Translations under genes and position numbers: made by a program
The notes under the pieces: generated by a model
What the model saw: only the letters and a program-made list of their open reading frames with translations
The model's database searches: none
Told to the model about the DNA's origin: nothing
Assembly: GCA_023898585.1 (NCBI GenBank)
Contig: CP060229.1
Location: 526,763 to 590,762, forward strand
Source of the DNA: Candidatus Nomurabacteria bacterium
GTDB taxonomy: Bacteria > Patescibacteriota > Minisyncoccia > Phycocordibacterales > UBA918
DNA length: 64,000 nt
Direction: 5' to 3'
Shown here: positions 47,222 through 57,800 of the stretch, one piece after another
Position numbering within the stretch: the first letter of the stretch is position 1
Layout: each line of letters starts with the position of its first letter

Positions 47222-49744
47222 ATGTCATTTTTGGATAGATTTTTCGGCCCAACTTACGAAAAGGAAATTAAAGAAATAAGACCGTTGGTTGACGAAATCA
47301 ACGCGATGGAAGAAACGATCTGCGTATTATCTGACGATTCGCTCAAGGATAAGCTTGCTAGATGTAGAGAGCGAGTTGCAATCGGAGCTTCATTGGACGA
47401 CGTCTTGCCGGAAGTTTTCGCTTTGGTAAGAGAGGCTTCAAAGAGGGTACTCAAGCTTCGTCATTATGATGTGCAAATGATCGGTGGTGTAATTCTTCAT
47501 CGTGGCAAGATTACCGAGATGCGGACCGGAGAAGGTAAAACCTTGGTAGCGACTTTACCTGCGACCTTAAATGCTCTCACCGGTAAAGGAGTTCATATCG
47601 TAACTGTCAACGATTATCTTGCTCGACGTGACGCTGTTTGGATGGGACAGATCTACGCGCAGCTTGGTTTGACAGTTGGTGTTATCAATCACGAATCGTC
47701 ATATCTTTATGACCCAGGTCACACCGAAAAAGATCAGGAAAGGGACGAACATGGTTCGTTTAAAGTGGTTTACGATTTCCTTCGACCGTGTGAAAGACAA
47801 GAAGCTTATAAAGCTGATATAACGTACGGCACCAACAGTGAGTTTGGCTTTGATTATTTACGCGATAATATCGAGTATGAAATAAGTCGCTTGAGACAAC
47901 CCAATCATTCATATGCGATTGTCGATGAGATAGACTCAATTCTTATTGACGAGGCTCGTACACCGCTCATTATTTCTGCTCCGGCAACTGACGTTGAAAA
48001 TCTTTACCCGACTTTTGCTTCCATTGCTGAGAAATTGAATATCGAAGAACACTTTACAGTTGATGAAAAATTAAAAAGCGTGGCGTTGAATGATGCCGGT
48101 ATCGAAATGGCTGAGAAGTTGCTTGGGATTGATAACATCTACACCGACAAAGGCATAAAATACGTTCATCATCTTGAGACAGCCGTCAGAGCCAAGGCGT
48201 TGTTTGTTAAAAATAAAGAGTACGTGGTACGGGACGGGGAAGTGGTTATTGTCGATGAGTTTACCGGCAGGTTACAACCCGGACGACGTTGGTCGGAGGG
48301 TCTACATCAAGCGGTGGAAGCCAAAGAAGGTGTCCCGGTGCAAAAAGAATCAAAAACTTTCGCTTCCATAACTTACCAAAATTACTTCCGCATGTATGAT
48401 AAGTTATCCGGCATGACCGGTACGGCCTTGACCTCCCAAGAGGAATTTTTCACTGTCTACAACTTAGAGGTGATTCCCGTACCGACAAACAAAACAACAC
48501 AGAGAAATGACCCTAACGATCTTATTTACCAAAACGAATCGGGTAAATTTAAAGCCATTATCAATAAAGTAAAATCGGTACACGAAACCGGTCAACCGAT
48601 TTTAATCGGTACTGCTTCGATTGAGTCAAACGAAAGACTATCGGAAGCCTTGAAGAAAGCCGGGGTGGCTCACGAAATGTTGAATGCGAAAAATCACGAA
48701 CGGGAAGGAGAGATTATCGCTGCCGCCGGAATTAAAGGAGCGGTGACCCTCGCCACCAACATGGCCGGACGTGGAGTCGATATTAAACTCGGCGGGCCGG
48801 ATGCTACCAAGGAAGAGGCCGAGGAAATCAAGAAACTCGGTGGTCTGTTTGTGTTGGGTACAGAACGTCATGAAGCGAGACGTATCGACGATCAGTTGAG
48901 AGGTCGTTCAGGGCGCCAGGGCGACCCGGGAGAAACACAATTTTACGTTTCCATGGAAGATTCACTGATGCGTATTTTTGGTGGAGCTAAGGTTCAAGGA
49001 ATGATGGGTAAATTTAAAATCCCTGAAGACCAGCCTATCACCATGAGTCTCATTTCCAGCACTCTTGACGGAGCTCAGACGAAAATTGAAGGTTTTCACT
49101 TTGATTCACGTAAGCAAATTCTCGCTTACGACGATGTGCTTAACAAACAGCGTCAGTCGATATATGCCAGAAGAAGAAAATTATTAATGGCGGATGAAAG
49201 TGAGCTTGAGAAAGTGACTTCTGAACTGTTTGAAGCAGTACCGGAAACCGAAATAATTTTCCAGGAGAAAAAAGCTGAGTTTGGCGAAGAGTTGTTTATG
49301 GACATATTTCGTCGTCTGACATTACAGATGATTGACATGTTGTGGGTAGAACATCTTGAAGTGATGGGTTACACACGGTCTAGTGTGAGCCTAAGAGCGT
49401 ATGGTCAAAGAGACCCCTTGATTGAGTACCGCAAGGAAGGAAATCGTCTCTTTAAGGAAATGAACAAGTTCTTCTACTTGCGTATAGCGGAAGTGCTTCC
49501 GAAAATACAACCACAAGCTGTAGTTAAAGAGGAAGAGGAAAGAAAACATGAAGCCGAAGTTGCTCAAGCAAATGCCGGTAATGTAGAAGAAAATACTCCC
49601 AAGAAACAGTCTCCTTTAGTCAAGGAAAAAAAATACTCAAGAAATGAAATAGTTACCATAACAAACGGCACTGAGACAAAAGAGATGAAGTTTAAGAAAG
49701 CTGAGTCAATGCTGAACTCAGGGTGGAGTATTGTGTCTAAATAA
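47222..49744 (+). CDS. secA: Preprotein translocase ATPase SecA
   Basis: 840 aa. N-terminus MSFLDRFFG. Walker A MRTGEGKTLVATLPA. DEAD-like Walker B VDEIDSILIDEARTPLIIS. Full set of SecA helicase motifs. Confidence 0.95.
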   Translation: MSFLDRFFGPTYEKEIKEIRPLVDEINAMEETICVLSDDSLKDKLARCRERVAIGASLDDVLPEVFALVREASKRVLKLRHYDVQMIGGVILHRGKITEMRTGEGKTLVATLPATLNALTGKGVHIVTVNDYLARRDAVWMGQIYAQLGLTVGVINHESSYLYDPGHTEKDQERDEHGSFKVVYDFLRPCERQEAYKADITYGTNSEFGFDYLRDNIEYEISRLRQPNHSYAIVDEIDSILIDEARTPLIISAPATDVENLYPTFASIAEKLNIEEHFTVDEKLKSVALNDAGIEMAEKLLGIDNIYTDKGIKYVHHLETAVRAKALFVKNKEYVVRDGEVVIVDEFTGRLQPGRRWSEGLHQAVEAKEGVPVQKESKTFASITYQNYFRMYDKLSGMTGTALTSQEEFFTVYNLEVIPVPTNKTTQRNDPNDLIYQNESGKFKAIINKVKSVHETGQPILIGTASIESNERLSEALKKAGVAHEMLNAKNHEREGEIIAAAGIKGAVTLATNMAGRGVDIKLGGPDATKEEAEEIKKLGGLFVLGTERHEARRIDDQLRGRSGRQGDPGETQFYVSMEDSLMRIFGGAKVQGMMGKFKIPEDQPITMSLISSTLDGAQTKIEGFHFDSRKQILAYDDVLNKQRQSIYARRRKLLMADESELEKVTSELFEAVPETEIIFQEKKAEFGEELFMDIFRRLTLQMIDMLWVEHLEVMGYTRSSVSLRAYGQRDPLIEYRKEGNRLFKEMNKFFYLRIAEVLPKIQPQAVVKEEEERKHEAEVAQANAGNVEENTPKKQSPLVKEKKYSRNEIVTITNGTETKEMKFKKAESMLNSGWSIVSK

Positions 49745-49915
49745 GAGTTTTTTACTTGAGAGACGTAGCCCTTACGTATCGTCTCGTCAGAGTGGCTTTT
49801 CTCAGCCCCCTCGGCTCTTTGTTGTCAGCGAACGAAAACGTCCTTATCCCGTACTAACTGGAAGAAATGACTGCAAATTATTGTTTTTATACCTTATCGA
49901 GTTTACAATGCTAGC

Positions 49916-50260
49916 ATGACAATAATAACAAGAATTTTATTTAACTCACTGGGGTTGATTTTGATATCAAAACTCATCGATGGAATTACCGTCGATGGTC
50001 TTTATCCAGCCATTATTGCTTCAGTGGTTTTGGTTTTGTTTAATGTGATAATCAGGCCGATATTGCTAATACTGACTCTGCCGATCACTATTCTCACGCT
50101 CGGTCTGTTTGCTTTTGTGGTAAATGGTGCACTATTCCTTTTCGCCGCCTCTTTTATCGAAGGTTTTGAAGTGGCCAATTTTTGGTATGCTTTGCTAGGT
50201 TCGATTTTGATGAGTATTGTCAGTACGGTGGGAAACAGGTGGATCAGCAAAGAAAGTTGA
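49916..50260 (+). CDS. Four-TM membrane protein of the DUF360/YvlD ('phage holin 4') superfamily
   Basis: 114 aa. Hydrophobic segments SLGLILISKLI, IIASVVLVLFNVIIRPILLILTLPITILTLGLFAFVVNGALFLFAA, WYALLGSILMSIV. Confidence 0.5.
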   Translation: MTIITRILFNSLGLILISKLIDGITVDGLYPAIIASVVLVLFNVIIRPILLILTLPITILTLGLFAFVVNGALFLFAASFIEGFEVANFWYALLGSILMSIVSTVGNRWISKES

Positions 50261-50296
50261 TATTCTTCCGCCTAAGTACGGGAAAAGTTAAAAATA

Positions 50297-50331
50297 TGCA
50301 GTCGACAAGACCGGTCGATTGCATATTTTTT
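50297..50331 (+). terminator. Rho-independent terminator
   Basis: Hairpin tgcagtcgac-aagaccg-gtcgattgca (one mismatch) followed by TATTTTTT. Confidence 0.5.
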
Positions 50332-50359
50332 GTTATTGCGGTACTGTTCCAGTCAAAAT

Positions 50360-51334
50360 ATGTTTGTCGACGAGCTTACAATTCAAGCTAGTGCAGGTAA
50401 CGGCGGAAACGGTGTTGTTCGTTGGAGCCACGAAAAATACAAACCATTAAATGGACCGTCTGGAGGAAATGGAGGTAGGGGAGGCGATGTTTATGTTCGC
50501 GCTGTCAAAGATCTCAATCGCTTATCTAAGTATAAAGGCAACAATACTTTTGTCGCCGAGTCAGGCAATGCCGGAACCGACAAGAGTAAAGCCGGAAAAA
50601 ACGGGATCGACCTCTATATCGATGTACCTGTCGGATCAACCGTTACCGATGTTGAACGAAATAGAATATTCGAACTCACCGCAGTCGGACAAACAGAGCG
50701 AATTCTGAAAGGTGGAAACGGAGGTTTGGGTAATGAATATTTCAAATCTTCCACCAATCGATCTCCCGAACAATCAACTAAAGGCAAGACGGGAGAAAAG
50801 GGTAGTTTTCTAATCGAAGTTTCTCTGGTAGCGGACGTTGGCTTGGTGGGTCTTCCGAACGCCGGAAAATCAACTTTTATCAACAGTCTCACTAACGCGA
50901 ATTCACGAGTCGGAGCTTATCCTTTCACTACCCTGGAGCTCCACCTTGGAGACTTATACGGATTTGTAATTGTTGATATCCCGGGGTTGATTTCAGGTGC
51001 TGCTGAAGGAAAAGGACTCGGTCACAAGTTTTTACGTCATGTTTCGAAGACGAAAATGATTCTCCATTTGATTTCCTTGGAAGACGAAAATCCCATAAAT
51101 CAGTATTATACAATAAGGGAAGAGCTATCTAAGCACGGTCAAGGTTTGTCAGACAAGGAAGAATGGATTGTTCTTACTAAAAAAGACCTTGTAAATAAAG
51201 AGTATATTGACGACACTATCAAAAAGCTTGAAAAAATTGAGAAACGTGTGCTTGTTGTTGGTAAAAATGACCCTAAATCGTACAAGGAGGTTAGTGACGA
51301 GCTGATAAATCACCTAAGAAAGGGAATTGGCTAA
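50360..51334 (+). CDS. obg: GTPase Obg/CgtA
   Basis: Obg fold with Gly-rich N-terminus ASAGNGGNGVVRWSHEKYKPLNGPSGGNGGRGGDVYV. G1 motif GLPNAGKST, G3 DIPG, G4 TKKD. Start at ATG 50360, inside the track ORF 50330... Confidence 0.9.
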   Translation: MFVDELTIQASAGNGGNGVVRWSHEKYKPLNGPSGGNGGRGGDVYVRAVKDLNRLSKYKGNNTFVAESGNAGTDKSKAGKNGIDLYIDVPVGSTVTDVERNRIFELTAVGQTERILKGGNGGLGNEYFKSSTNRSPEQSTKGKTGEKGSFLIEVSLVADVGLVGLPNAGKSTFINSLTNANSRVGAYPFTTLELHLGDLYGFVIVDIPGLISGAAEGKGLGHKFLRHVSKTKMILHLISLEDENPINQYYTIREELSKHGQGLSDKEEWIVLTKKDLVNKEYIDDTIKKLEKIEKRVLVVGKNDPKSYKEVSDELINHLRKGIG

Positions 51335-51572
51335 AGTTTAATTGACCTAATTAGATCGACGTAATTAATAAATCTTTGAAAATATTAATTAGTTATAAAA
51401 AACAACCTCTACATTTTAAGGATTATTAAAGAATTAAAAAAGCACTTTACGCAAATTCAGTGGCCTACATTTGAGTTAACCTTAAAACATAATTTTGAAA
51501 TTCAAACTTGTATCTCGCTTAACGGGAAAGTACAATGTCAAACATAAAATATTAGTTTAATTCTTTTTAATC

Positions 51573-52988
51573 ATGTCTTATACCCCAACAATCGGTTTAG
51601 AGATTCACGCGGAGCTAAAAACAAAAAGTAAAATGTTTTGCGGTTGCAAAAATGATCCTCACGAAGGAGCGCCGAATTCACACATTTGCCCGGTGTGTAT
51701 GGCGCACCCTGGAACCCTACCCGTACCGAATGAGCAGGCGATTGAAATGGTGCTCATGTTCGGACAGGCGGTCGGCGCGACAATAGCTGAATACTCAGAG
51801 TTCGACAGAAAAAATTACTTTTATCCGGATATTCCGAAAGCCTATCAAATTAGCCAGTACGCTTTTCCGTTTCTGACCGGAGGTCAATTATGTGGAGTAG
51901 ATCTAACCAGAGTGCACCTGGAGGAAGACACCGCTCGCAGTCAACATGACAAAGGAGACGAGAGTCTCGTTGACTTTAATCGCGCCGGGGTTCCCTTAAT
52001 GGAATTGGTTACCGAACCTGTCATACACGACGCAAAAACTGCTGGACAATTTGCCAAAGAATTACAACTACTACTAAGAACGCTGGGGATCTCGGACGCC
52101 AATATGGAAAGGGGAGAGATGAGAGTTGAGGCAAACATCTCTGTCAGCAAAAGTGTCACTGAGTTTGGCACAAAAGTAGAGGTAAAGAACCTTAACTCTT
52201 TTAAGTCGGTGGAAGGTGCTATTGAATACGAAATCAACAGACAAATAGAGTTGTTAGAGAATGGTGACAAAATAGTACAAGAGACAAGAGGGTGGGACGA
52301 GAACAAATCGAAGACTTTCACGCAACGCCAGAAGGAGACAGCTAAAGACTACAGATATTTTCCCGATCCGGACATACCCAAGATTAGTGTAGGTGAGTAC
52401 ATGCCTTTCTCAAAAACTATTCTGGCCGAGAAAATGCCTGATTTACCAAATAATAAAAGGGTAAATTATAAAAATCTCGGATTGACGAGCGACACCATAG
52501 AGACGGTAATTGCAGATCGAGAGCTAGACACCTTTATGTCAAAAGTTGTATCTAGCGGGGACGTAAATCAATCTGTGGTTAGACTTGCCGGCAATTACCT
52601 AACAACCGATGTGTCGGCTCTGGTAAGTACAAAAGAAAGAGTCTTGTCAGAGCTCAAGCCGGATCATTTTGTAGAACTGATGCAAATGTTGTCGGAGAAT
52701 AAGATCAGTTCTCGTGTCGCTAAGGATTTACTGCCTGATATGTTTGGTAGTGGCAAAATGCCTTCAGAGTTGGCTAAAGAAAGGAATCTATTGCAGTTAT
52801 CCGACGCCGGTTCCTTAGAACCACTTATAAAAGAAATTATCGCCGAGAATCAGACGGTTGTCGAGGAGTACAAGTCAGGTAAGGACGTTGCGATAAAGTT
52901 CTTGATTGGGCAGGCGATGAAGAAAACCAAAGGAGCAGCCAATCCGATCTTGCTTGAAGAACTGCTTGTAAAATCAATAATAGAATAA
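51573..52988 (+). CDS. gatB: Asp-tRNA(Asn)/Glu-tRNA(Gln) amidotransferase subunit B
   Basis: MSYTPTIGLEIHAELKTKSKMFCGC...CPVCMAHPGTLP (GatB zinc/cradle motifs). 471 aa with a C-terminal YqeY-like domain. Confidence 0.9.
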   Translation: MSYTPTIGLEIHAELKTKSKMFCGCKNDPHEGAPNSHICPVCMAHPGTLPVPNEQAIEMVLMFGQAVGATIAEYSEFDRKNYFYPDIPKAYQISQYAFPFLTGGQLCGVDLTRVHLEEDTARSQHDKGDESLVDFNRAGVPLMELVTEPVIHDAKTAGQFAKELQLLLRTLGISDANMERGEMRVEANISVSKSVTEFGTKVEVKNLNSFKSVEGAIEYEINRQIELLENGDKIVQETRGWDENKSKTFTQRQKETAKDYRYFPDPDIPKISVGEYMPFSKTILAEKMPDLPNNKRVNYKNLGLTSDTIETVIADRELDTFMSKVVSSGDVNQSVVRLAGNYLTTDVSALVSTKERVLSELKPDHFVELMQMLSENKISSRVAKDLLPDMFGSGKMPSELAKERNLLQLSDAGSLEPLIKEIIAENQTVVEEYKSGKDVAIKFLIGQAMKKTKGAANPILLEELLVKSIIE

Positions 52989-53071
52989 GCATTTCTCGTC
53001 TAACCCAGAAGTAATACACTTCCCACAGAAGTGTATTTTTCTTTAGTCTGATACAATAGAGGATAAGTATT

Positions 53072-54058
53072 ATGGACAAAGTGACATTTGACAAAGTTGA
53101 GTATGTAAAAGCCACTGTCGCTGCGAAGAGCTTTCGTTATTCATCAGACTATATTGGTCAGCTTTGCAGAGCAAAAAAAGTTGACGCCAGGCTAGTAGGA
53201 AGGACATGGTTTGTTAACGTAGATTCCATAAAAAGTTATCGCCACACAAAGAAAAACAAAAAGTCCACGAAAGGTTCTGCAAAAGATAGCAAACTGGATA
53301 CGGCTAGAGAAACCAGACCATTACGCTTAGACGTACCATCAGTCTTAAGTAATAAAACGGTAAAGATCATCTCAGCCAACAACTACAGGCCAAGTACAAC
53401 TCGTCTGTTGCGTGTGGCGTACGATAGAGACGAAGAAGCTCTCATCCCATCGCTTACTAAGAAGCAAGCAATGGCACCTAAAACAATCGTTATAAATCAG
53501 GCCGACGCCAAAAAGGTGACGATTTCTGGTAAAGATACGAAATCTCTTTCTTTTGCACCGACAAGTCTCCCCGACATTGCTCTATCCGGCAAGTTGAAAA
53601 TCACGGATTTAGTTGACGATGAAATACCAACTAGTGATACAAATTCTAGCCATAAAAACAAAGTCAAGTCGGCTGGCAAGATTTTAACCAGTAACAAGGG
53701 CAGAGAATACATCGCTAAGAAAATGGGAGAATCAAAAGCCAATAACAAGCATCCCTCAGAGGTTTCGAAGGAAGAAGCGTTTTTCAATAAAATTCTTGAC
53801 GATAAAAACATTGTTTCTAAAAATAGTCAGATTGGCACAATTATGCCTTCACAGTTTACGCCATTATCTATTAAAGAAGGTCGTGCGCACAAAAAACTCT
53901 CGATTATCGTCCTTGCCTCGCCTTTATTGGCGGTTGTGGTCGCTACACTTTGTTCGGCCATCTTGTTCTCTGCTGATTCTAGAGTCGTCGCCTCGGAATC
54001 TTTTTTCGAATCTAATATAGTTTTTCAAGTTGCGAATTTGCTAGAAGTTTTTGAGTAA
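53072..54058 (+). CDS. Membrane protein with N-terminal excisionase/MerR-type HTH (HTH_17-like) domain. Paralogue A.
   Basis: N-terminus VEYVKATVAAKSFRYSSDYIGQLCRAKKVDARLVGRTWFVNVDSIKSY matches the excisionase-family HTH pattern (...EAA..L.VS...I.rl.r.g.l.a.kvGR.W.i..e.l..y). C-terminal TM helix LSIIVLASPLLAVVVATLCSAILF. Confidence 0.5.
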   Translation: MDKVTFDKVEYVKATVAAKSFRYSSDYIGQLCRAKKVDARLVGRTWFVNVDSIKSYRHTKKNKKSTKGSAKDSKLDTARETRPLRLDVPSVLSNKTVKIISANNYRPSTTRLLRVAYDRDEEALIPSLTKKQAMAPKTIVINQADAKKVTISGKDTKSLSFAPTSLPDIALSGKLKITDLVDDEIPTSDTNSSHKNKVKSAGKILTSNKGREYIAKKMGESKANNKHPSEVSKEEAFFNKILDDKNIVSKNSQIGTIMPSQFTPLSIKEGRAHKKLSIIVLASPLLAVVVATLCSAILFSADSRVVASESFFESNIVFQVANLLEVFE

Positions 54059-54136
54059 CATTTCTCGCTTTTTGATCTTATACACAGGTGGGGATTTTAT
54101 TTAGACGAATTGACTTTATAATCAAAGTTAATTCGT

Positions 54137-54862
54137 ATGTCGCGCACATTAGATATTAATGGGAGGTTGTTGCATCCGGTCAAGGAGGCGGCCGCTAGTG
54201 TTTCTTATTCAAGAGATTACGTAACTCGATTGGCTCGTGAAAATAAAATCATCGCAACCAATGTCGGTCGACAGTGGTTCGTAGATTTGGAGTCTCTCAA
54301 AGGATACATCGAGAATGTTTCCATTGAACAGGAGATACGCAAAAAGCAACTAAGCTTCGATCGAATAAAAGAGCGAGAAATCAGAGAAGCAACAATAAAG
54401 CAACATACTTTACATTTAGGTAAAGTAAAAATGTTGAATGTAAAAGCTGTCTTAGTTGCTAGCTTTGTTTTGTCGCTCGGTCTTTTTTCCGGTTTTGTCG
54501 CCCACCTGCTTATCTCATCTTCCGATTCCCTCCAAGCGCAAGTGGTCGACACGAAAGGCAGGATAGCAGATTTGTCACAACCGAATAACAACTCAAACGT
54601 AGTCGCCGAGAAAGTTTCAGATGGGAGGAGTCAAGTCTATTCTCCGGAGAACGGACTAAGAATAATGGAGGATGTGCAAAATGGAGTATTACTGCTCCCG
54701 AATTATGGTTCAACTACCGTTGAAGATTTGTTTTCCGATGCAGTGGTGGTTCGTGATTTGTCCGACGGTTCCCAAGTCATACATATGATTAATGGAGAAG
54801 GTCGGGAAGTTGGTACGGAAATACCTTTCGTGGTTGTTCCGGTAAAACATTTAAATGAATGA
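54137..54862 (+). CDS. Membrane protein with N-terminal excisionase/MerR-type HTH (HTH_17-like) domain. Paralogue B.
   Basis: N-terminus LLHPVKEAAASVSYSRDYVTRLARENKIIATNVGRQWFVDLESLKGY aligns residue-for-residue with paralogue A. TM helix VKAVLVASFVLSLGLFSGFVAHLLI follows. Its stop overlaps the start of the giant gene. Confidence 0.5.
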   Translation: MSRTLDINGRLLHPVKEAAASVSYSRDYVTRLARENKIIATNVGRQWFVDLESLKGYIENVSIEQEIRKKQLSFDRIKEREIREATIKQHTLHLGKVKMLNVKAVLVASFVLSLGLFSGFVAHLLISSSDSLQAQVVDTKGRIADLSQPNNNSNVVAEKVSDGRSQVYSPENGLRIMEDVQNGVLLLPNYGSTTVEDLFSDAVVVRDLSDGSQVIHMINGEGREVGTEIPFVVVPVKHLNE

Positions 54863-57800
54863 GTATGATTTTTAGCAAGCAAAAAATTGGAGTTGTATTC
54901 GCACTGATACTTTCTTCAAGTTTCAGTTTGTTGGTTTTTCAATCTTCTACCGCCCACGCCGAACCCACCCCCACCATCAACTACCAAGGTAAGCTAACCG
55001 ACACCAATGGCCTCGCAGTCCCTGACGGCACATACAACATGCGCTTTTGGCTACTACAAAGCGAAGCGCAAGCGACCACGAGTGCTCTTTGGACAGAATC
55101 TCTCACCGGTAGCAATAAGGTGCAAGTTACCGATGGTCTATTCTCCATCATGCTTGGTTCCACGAGCGCTCTCACTTCCGTTGACTTCAATCAAACCCTC
55201 TACCTGGGAGTGGAGATAGGTGGTTCCACCACACCCGCTTGGGACGGTGAAATGTCACCTCGTAAACCACTCGGTACCGTCCCGGCTTCTTTCGAATCAT
55301 ACAAACTAGGAGGAGTAGCTTCTTCTTCTTTCCTACGCTCTGATCAAGCCGATACCATCTCCGCCAGCACTGCTTCCACGCTACTCACTATCATTCAAAA
55401 TGGAGTGGGAGATATCCTCAATATCTTCGACGGAGCTACTGAAGTCTTCACTATCCTCGATGGTGGCAATGTCGGTATCGGCTCATCATCTCCAAACAGC
55501 AAACTCACCATCGCCGGTAATACCAACATAGACAGCTACACCAACCTCCCCGGTTACTTCATCAACTCCATGCCGGCGGTTACTGGTTCGACTACTTTAA
55601 ACAACTTCTTCTTTGCTGGGGCGTCGAGTACGAGTTACTATTTCGGAGGTTATAACTATGCTATCGGAGATGGAGCGCTCACTAACTTAAACTGGGGAAG
55701 CAACAATATTGCAATTGGTCAAAACGCTATGAAGGCATCCGGTACCGCAGCAACCAATTTCTCCAATAACAACGCTCTGGGGAAGGATGCACTTTTCTCT
55801 ATAACTAGTGGTTCAAACAATAATGCTTTGGGAGAAGGTACATTGTCTACTAATACAACCGGTGGGGGCAATAATGCTTTTGGTTACCAAGCTCTCACCA
55901 GTAACGTCTCCGGCGGAGGTAACAATGCTCTTGGCGGGTGGGCTTTGCGTTTCAACACCACTGGTATGAATAACAACGCTATCGGCCCCAATGCAATGCA
56001 AGCCAATACCAGTGGTTCATACAATAATGTTTTGGGTACAGACGCTCTTTATACCAACACCACCGGTTCATACAATAATGCTTTTGGCTATAATGCTATG
56101 TACAGCAATACCGTGGGTTCTCATAATAACGCCATCGGTGAAGCTGCACTTGGCTACAACACTACCGGCTTACGCAATAATGCTTTCGGTTACAGTGCTC
56201 TCCTTAACAACAACGGCACCGGCACCATAGCGATCGGCTACCAAACCGCCGACAACGCCACCGGCGTCGACCGCGGTATCTTCATCGGCTACGACATCGA
56301 TGCTTTCTCTACTACTCAGGACGATGTGCTCAACATTGGTAACCTTATCTTCGGTAACAGTGTCAACGGTACCGGTCAAAATATCAGTACCGGTAACATC
56401 GGTATCGCGACCACTTCTTCGACTGCTCGCTTAACAGTCCAGTCTACCGGCACCTCCGATATCCTCAATCTCTTTGAAACGGGAGGCAGTGAAGTGTTCA
56501 CTGTACTGGAGAGTGGTAACGTTGGCATCGGCACCTCTTCACCCTACGCCAAACTCGGCGTAGCCGGTAACCTGGTAGCAACCGGTGTCATCAACACGCA
56601 GACTAACTCAGCCAACACTTTCGCCGGTCACCTTGACATCAACGGCACCGCCACCTCCACCTTCGCAAACGGCATCGAACTCGAAGGTGGTTGCTTCCGC
56701 GACCAAAGTGGTACCTGCATCAGCGCTCAAGGTGACACGCAGATAGTAGTCGCAGCAAACGACACCGACGTCAATCTCAAAGCCTACGCCGACTATGTTG
56801 CGGATGGTACGAACGACCAAGATGAAATCCAGTCTGCTATCGACTACGTCTACGCTAACGGTGGGGGAACCGTTCATCTTCTAGCCGGTACTTTCACCGT
56901 TGGTACCACTACCTACACCGACTCCGCTATCAGACTCGCTACTTCTACTCAACTCATTGGACAAGGAGATGCGACCGTCATCAAACTCCGTAACAGCTTC
57001 AACGCCAACATCTCCATCGTGCACGCGAAAAACGTCCAAGATGTTTACGTTGGACATTTGGCGGTGGATGGAAACAAGGCGAATCAGAGTGGGGGGACTG
57101 ATTATGGTGTTAATTTGCAAAACACTGGATCTAGTACTGTAGAAAATACATATGTACATAGTCTCTTTTATTACGGAATAAACGTGCAGGGTAATAATAA
57201 TAATGTTGTCTCTAACACGGTTCATAATAATCAATTGAGAGGTATCCAACTGACAGGTAGTTACAATACTGCTTCCCATAATATGATTAGTGATAATGGT
57301 AGTTGGGGTATATTTGTTGATGGTTCAATGAGTAACGTAACTAATAACATTATCAAGAACAATCCTACTGGTATACGTGTTAATGCGAGTTCAAACACAA
57401 TTTCTGGTAATCAGATTAGTCAAAGTACTACTTACGGAATAGATCTATCATCGAGTGCCTCCTACAACATAATAAATAGCAACGACATTATCGTGAATGC
57501 TGGGATAGGTATATATTTGAATTTGGTGACAGGTTATAACACAATTTCAGGTAACAATGTATATTTTAATGGGTATGGTATATACCTGAACACAAGTGCT
57601 AATAATACAGTCACTGCTAACAATTTTAGTGAAAACAGTTACGGTATTTACGGGACATGCTTTGCCTGTGTCTTGAATGCCAATACACTTACCGGTAATG
57701 ACACTGCCATTTATTTGGTTAACGGGGGATTGATATCTAGCAATTCTATCACTAACAATCAATTGATAGACAACGGTGGCACTGGCGCTACCAGTAGCAT

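Noticed and set aside
49745-49915. ORFs 49731..49919(+) and the imperfect hairpin gagacgta...tacgtatcgtctc after secA
   Set aside because: The ORF is short, overlaps the secA stop and lacks a ribosome-binding site. The hairpin is imperfect and is plausibly the secA terminator, but it is not strong enough to list as a feature.
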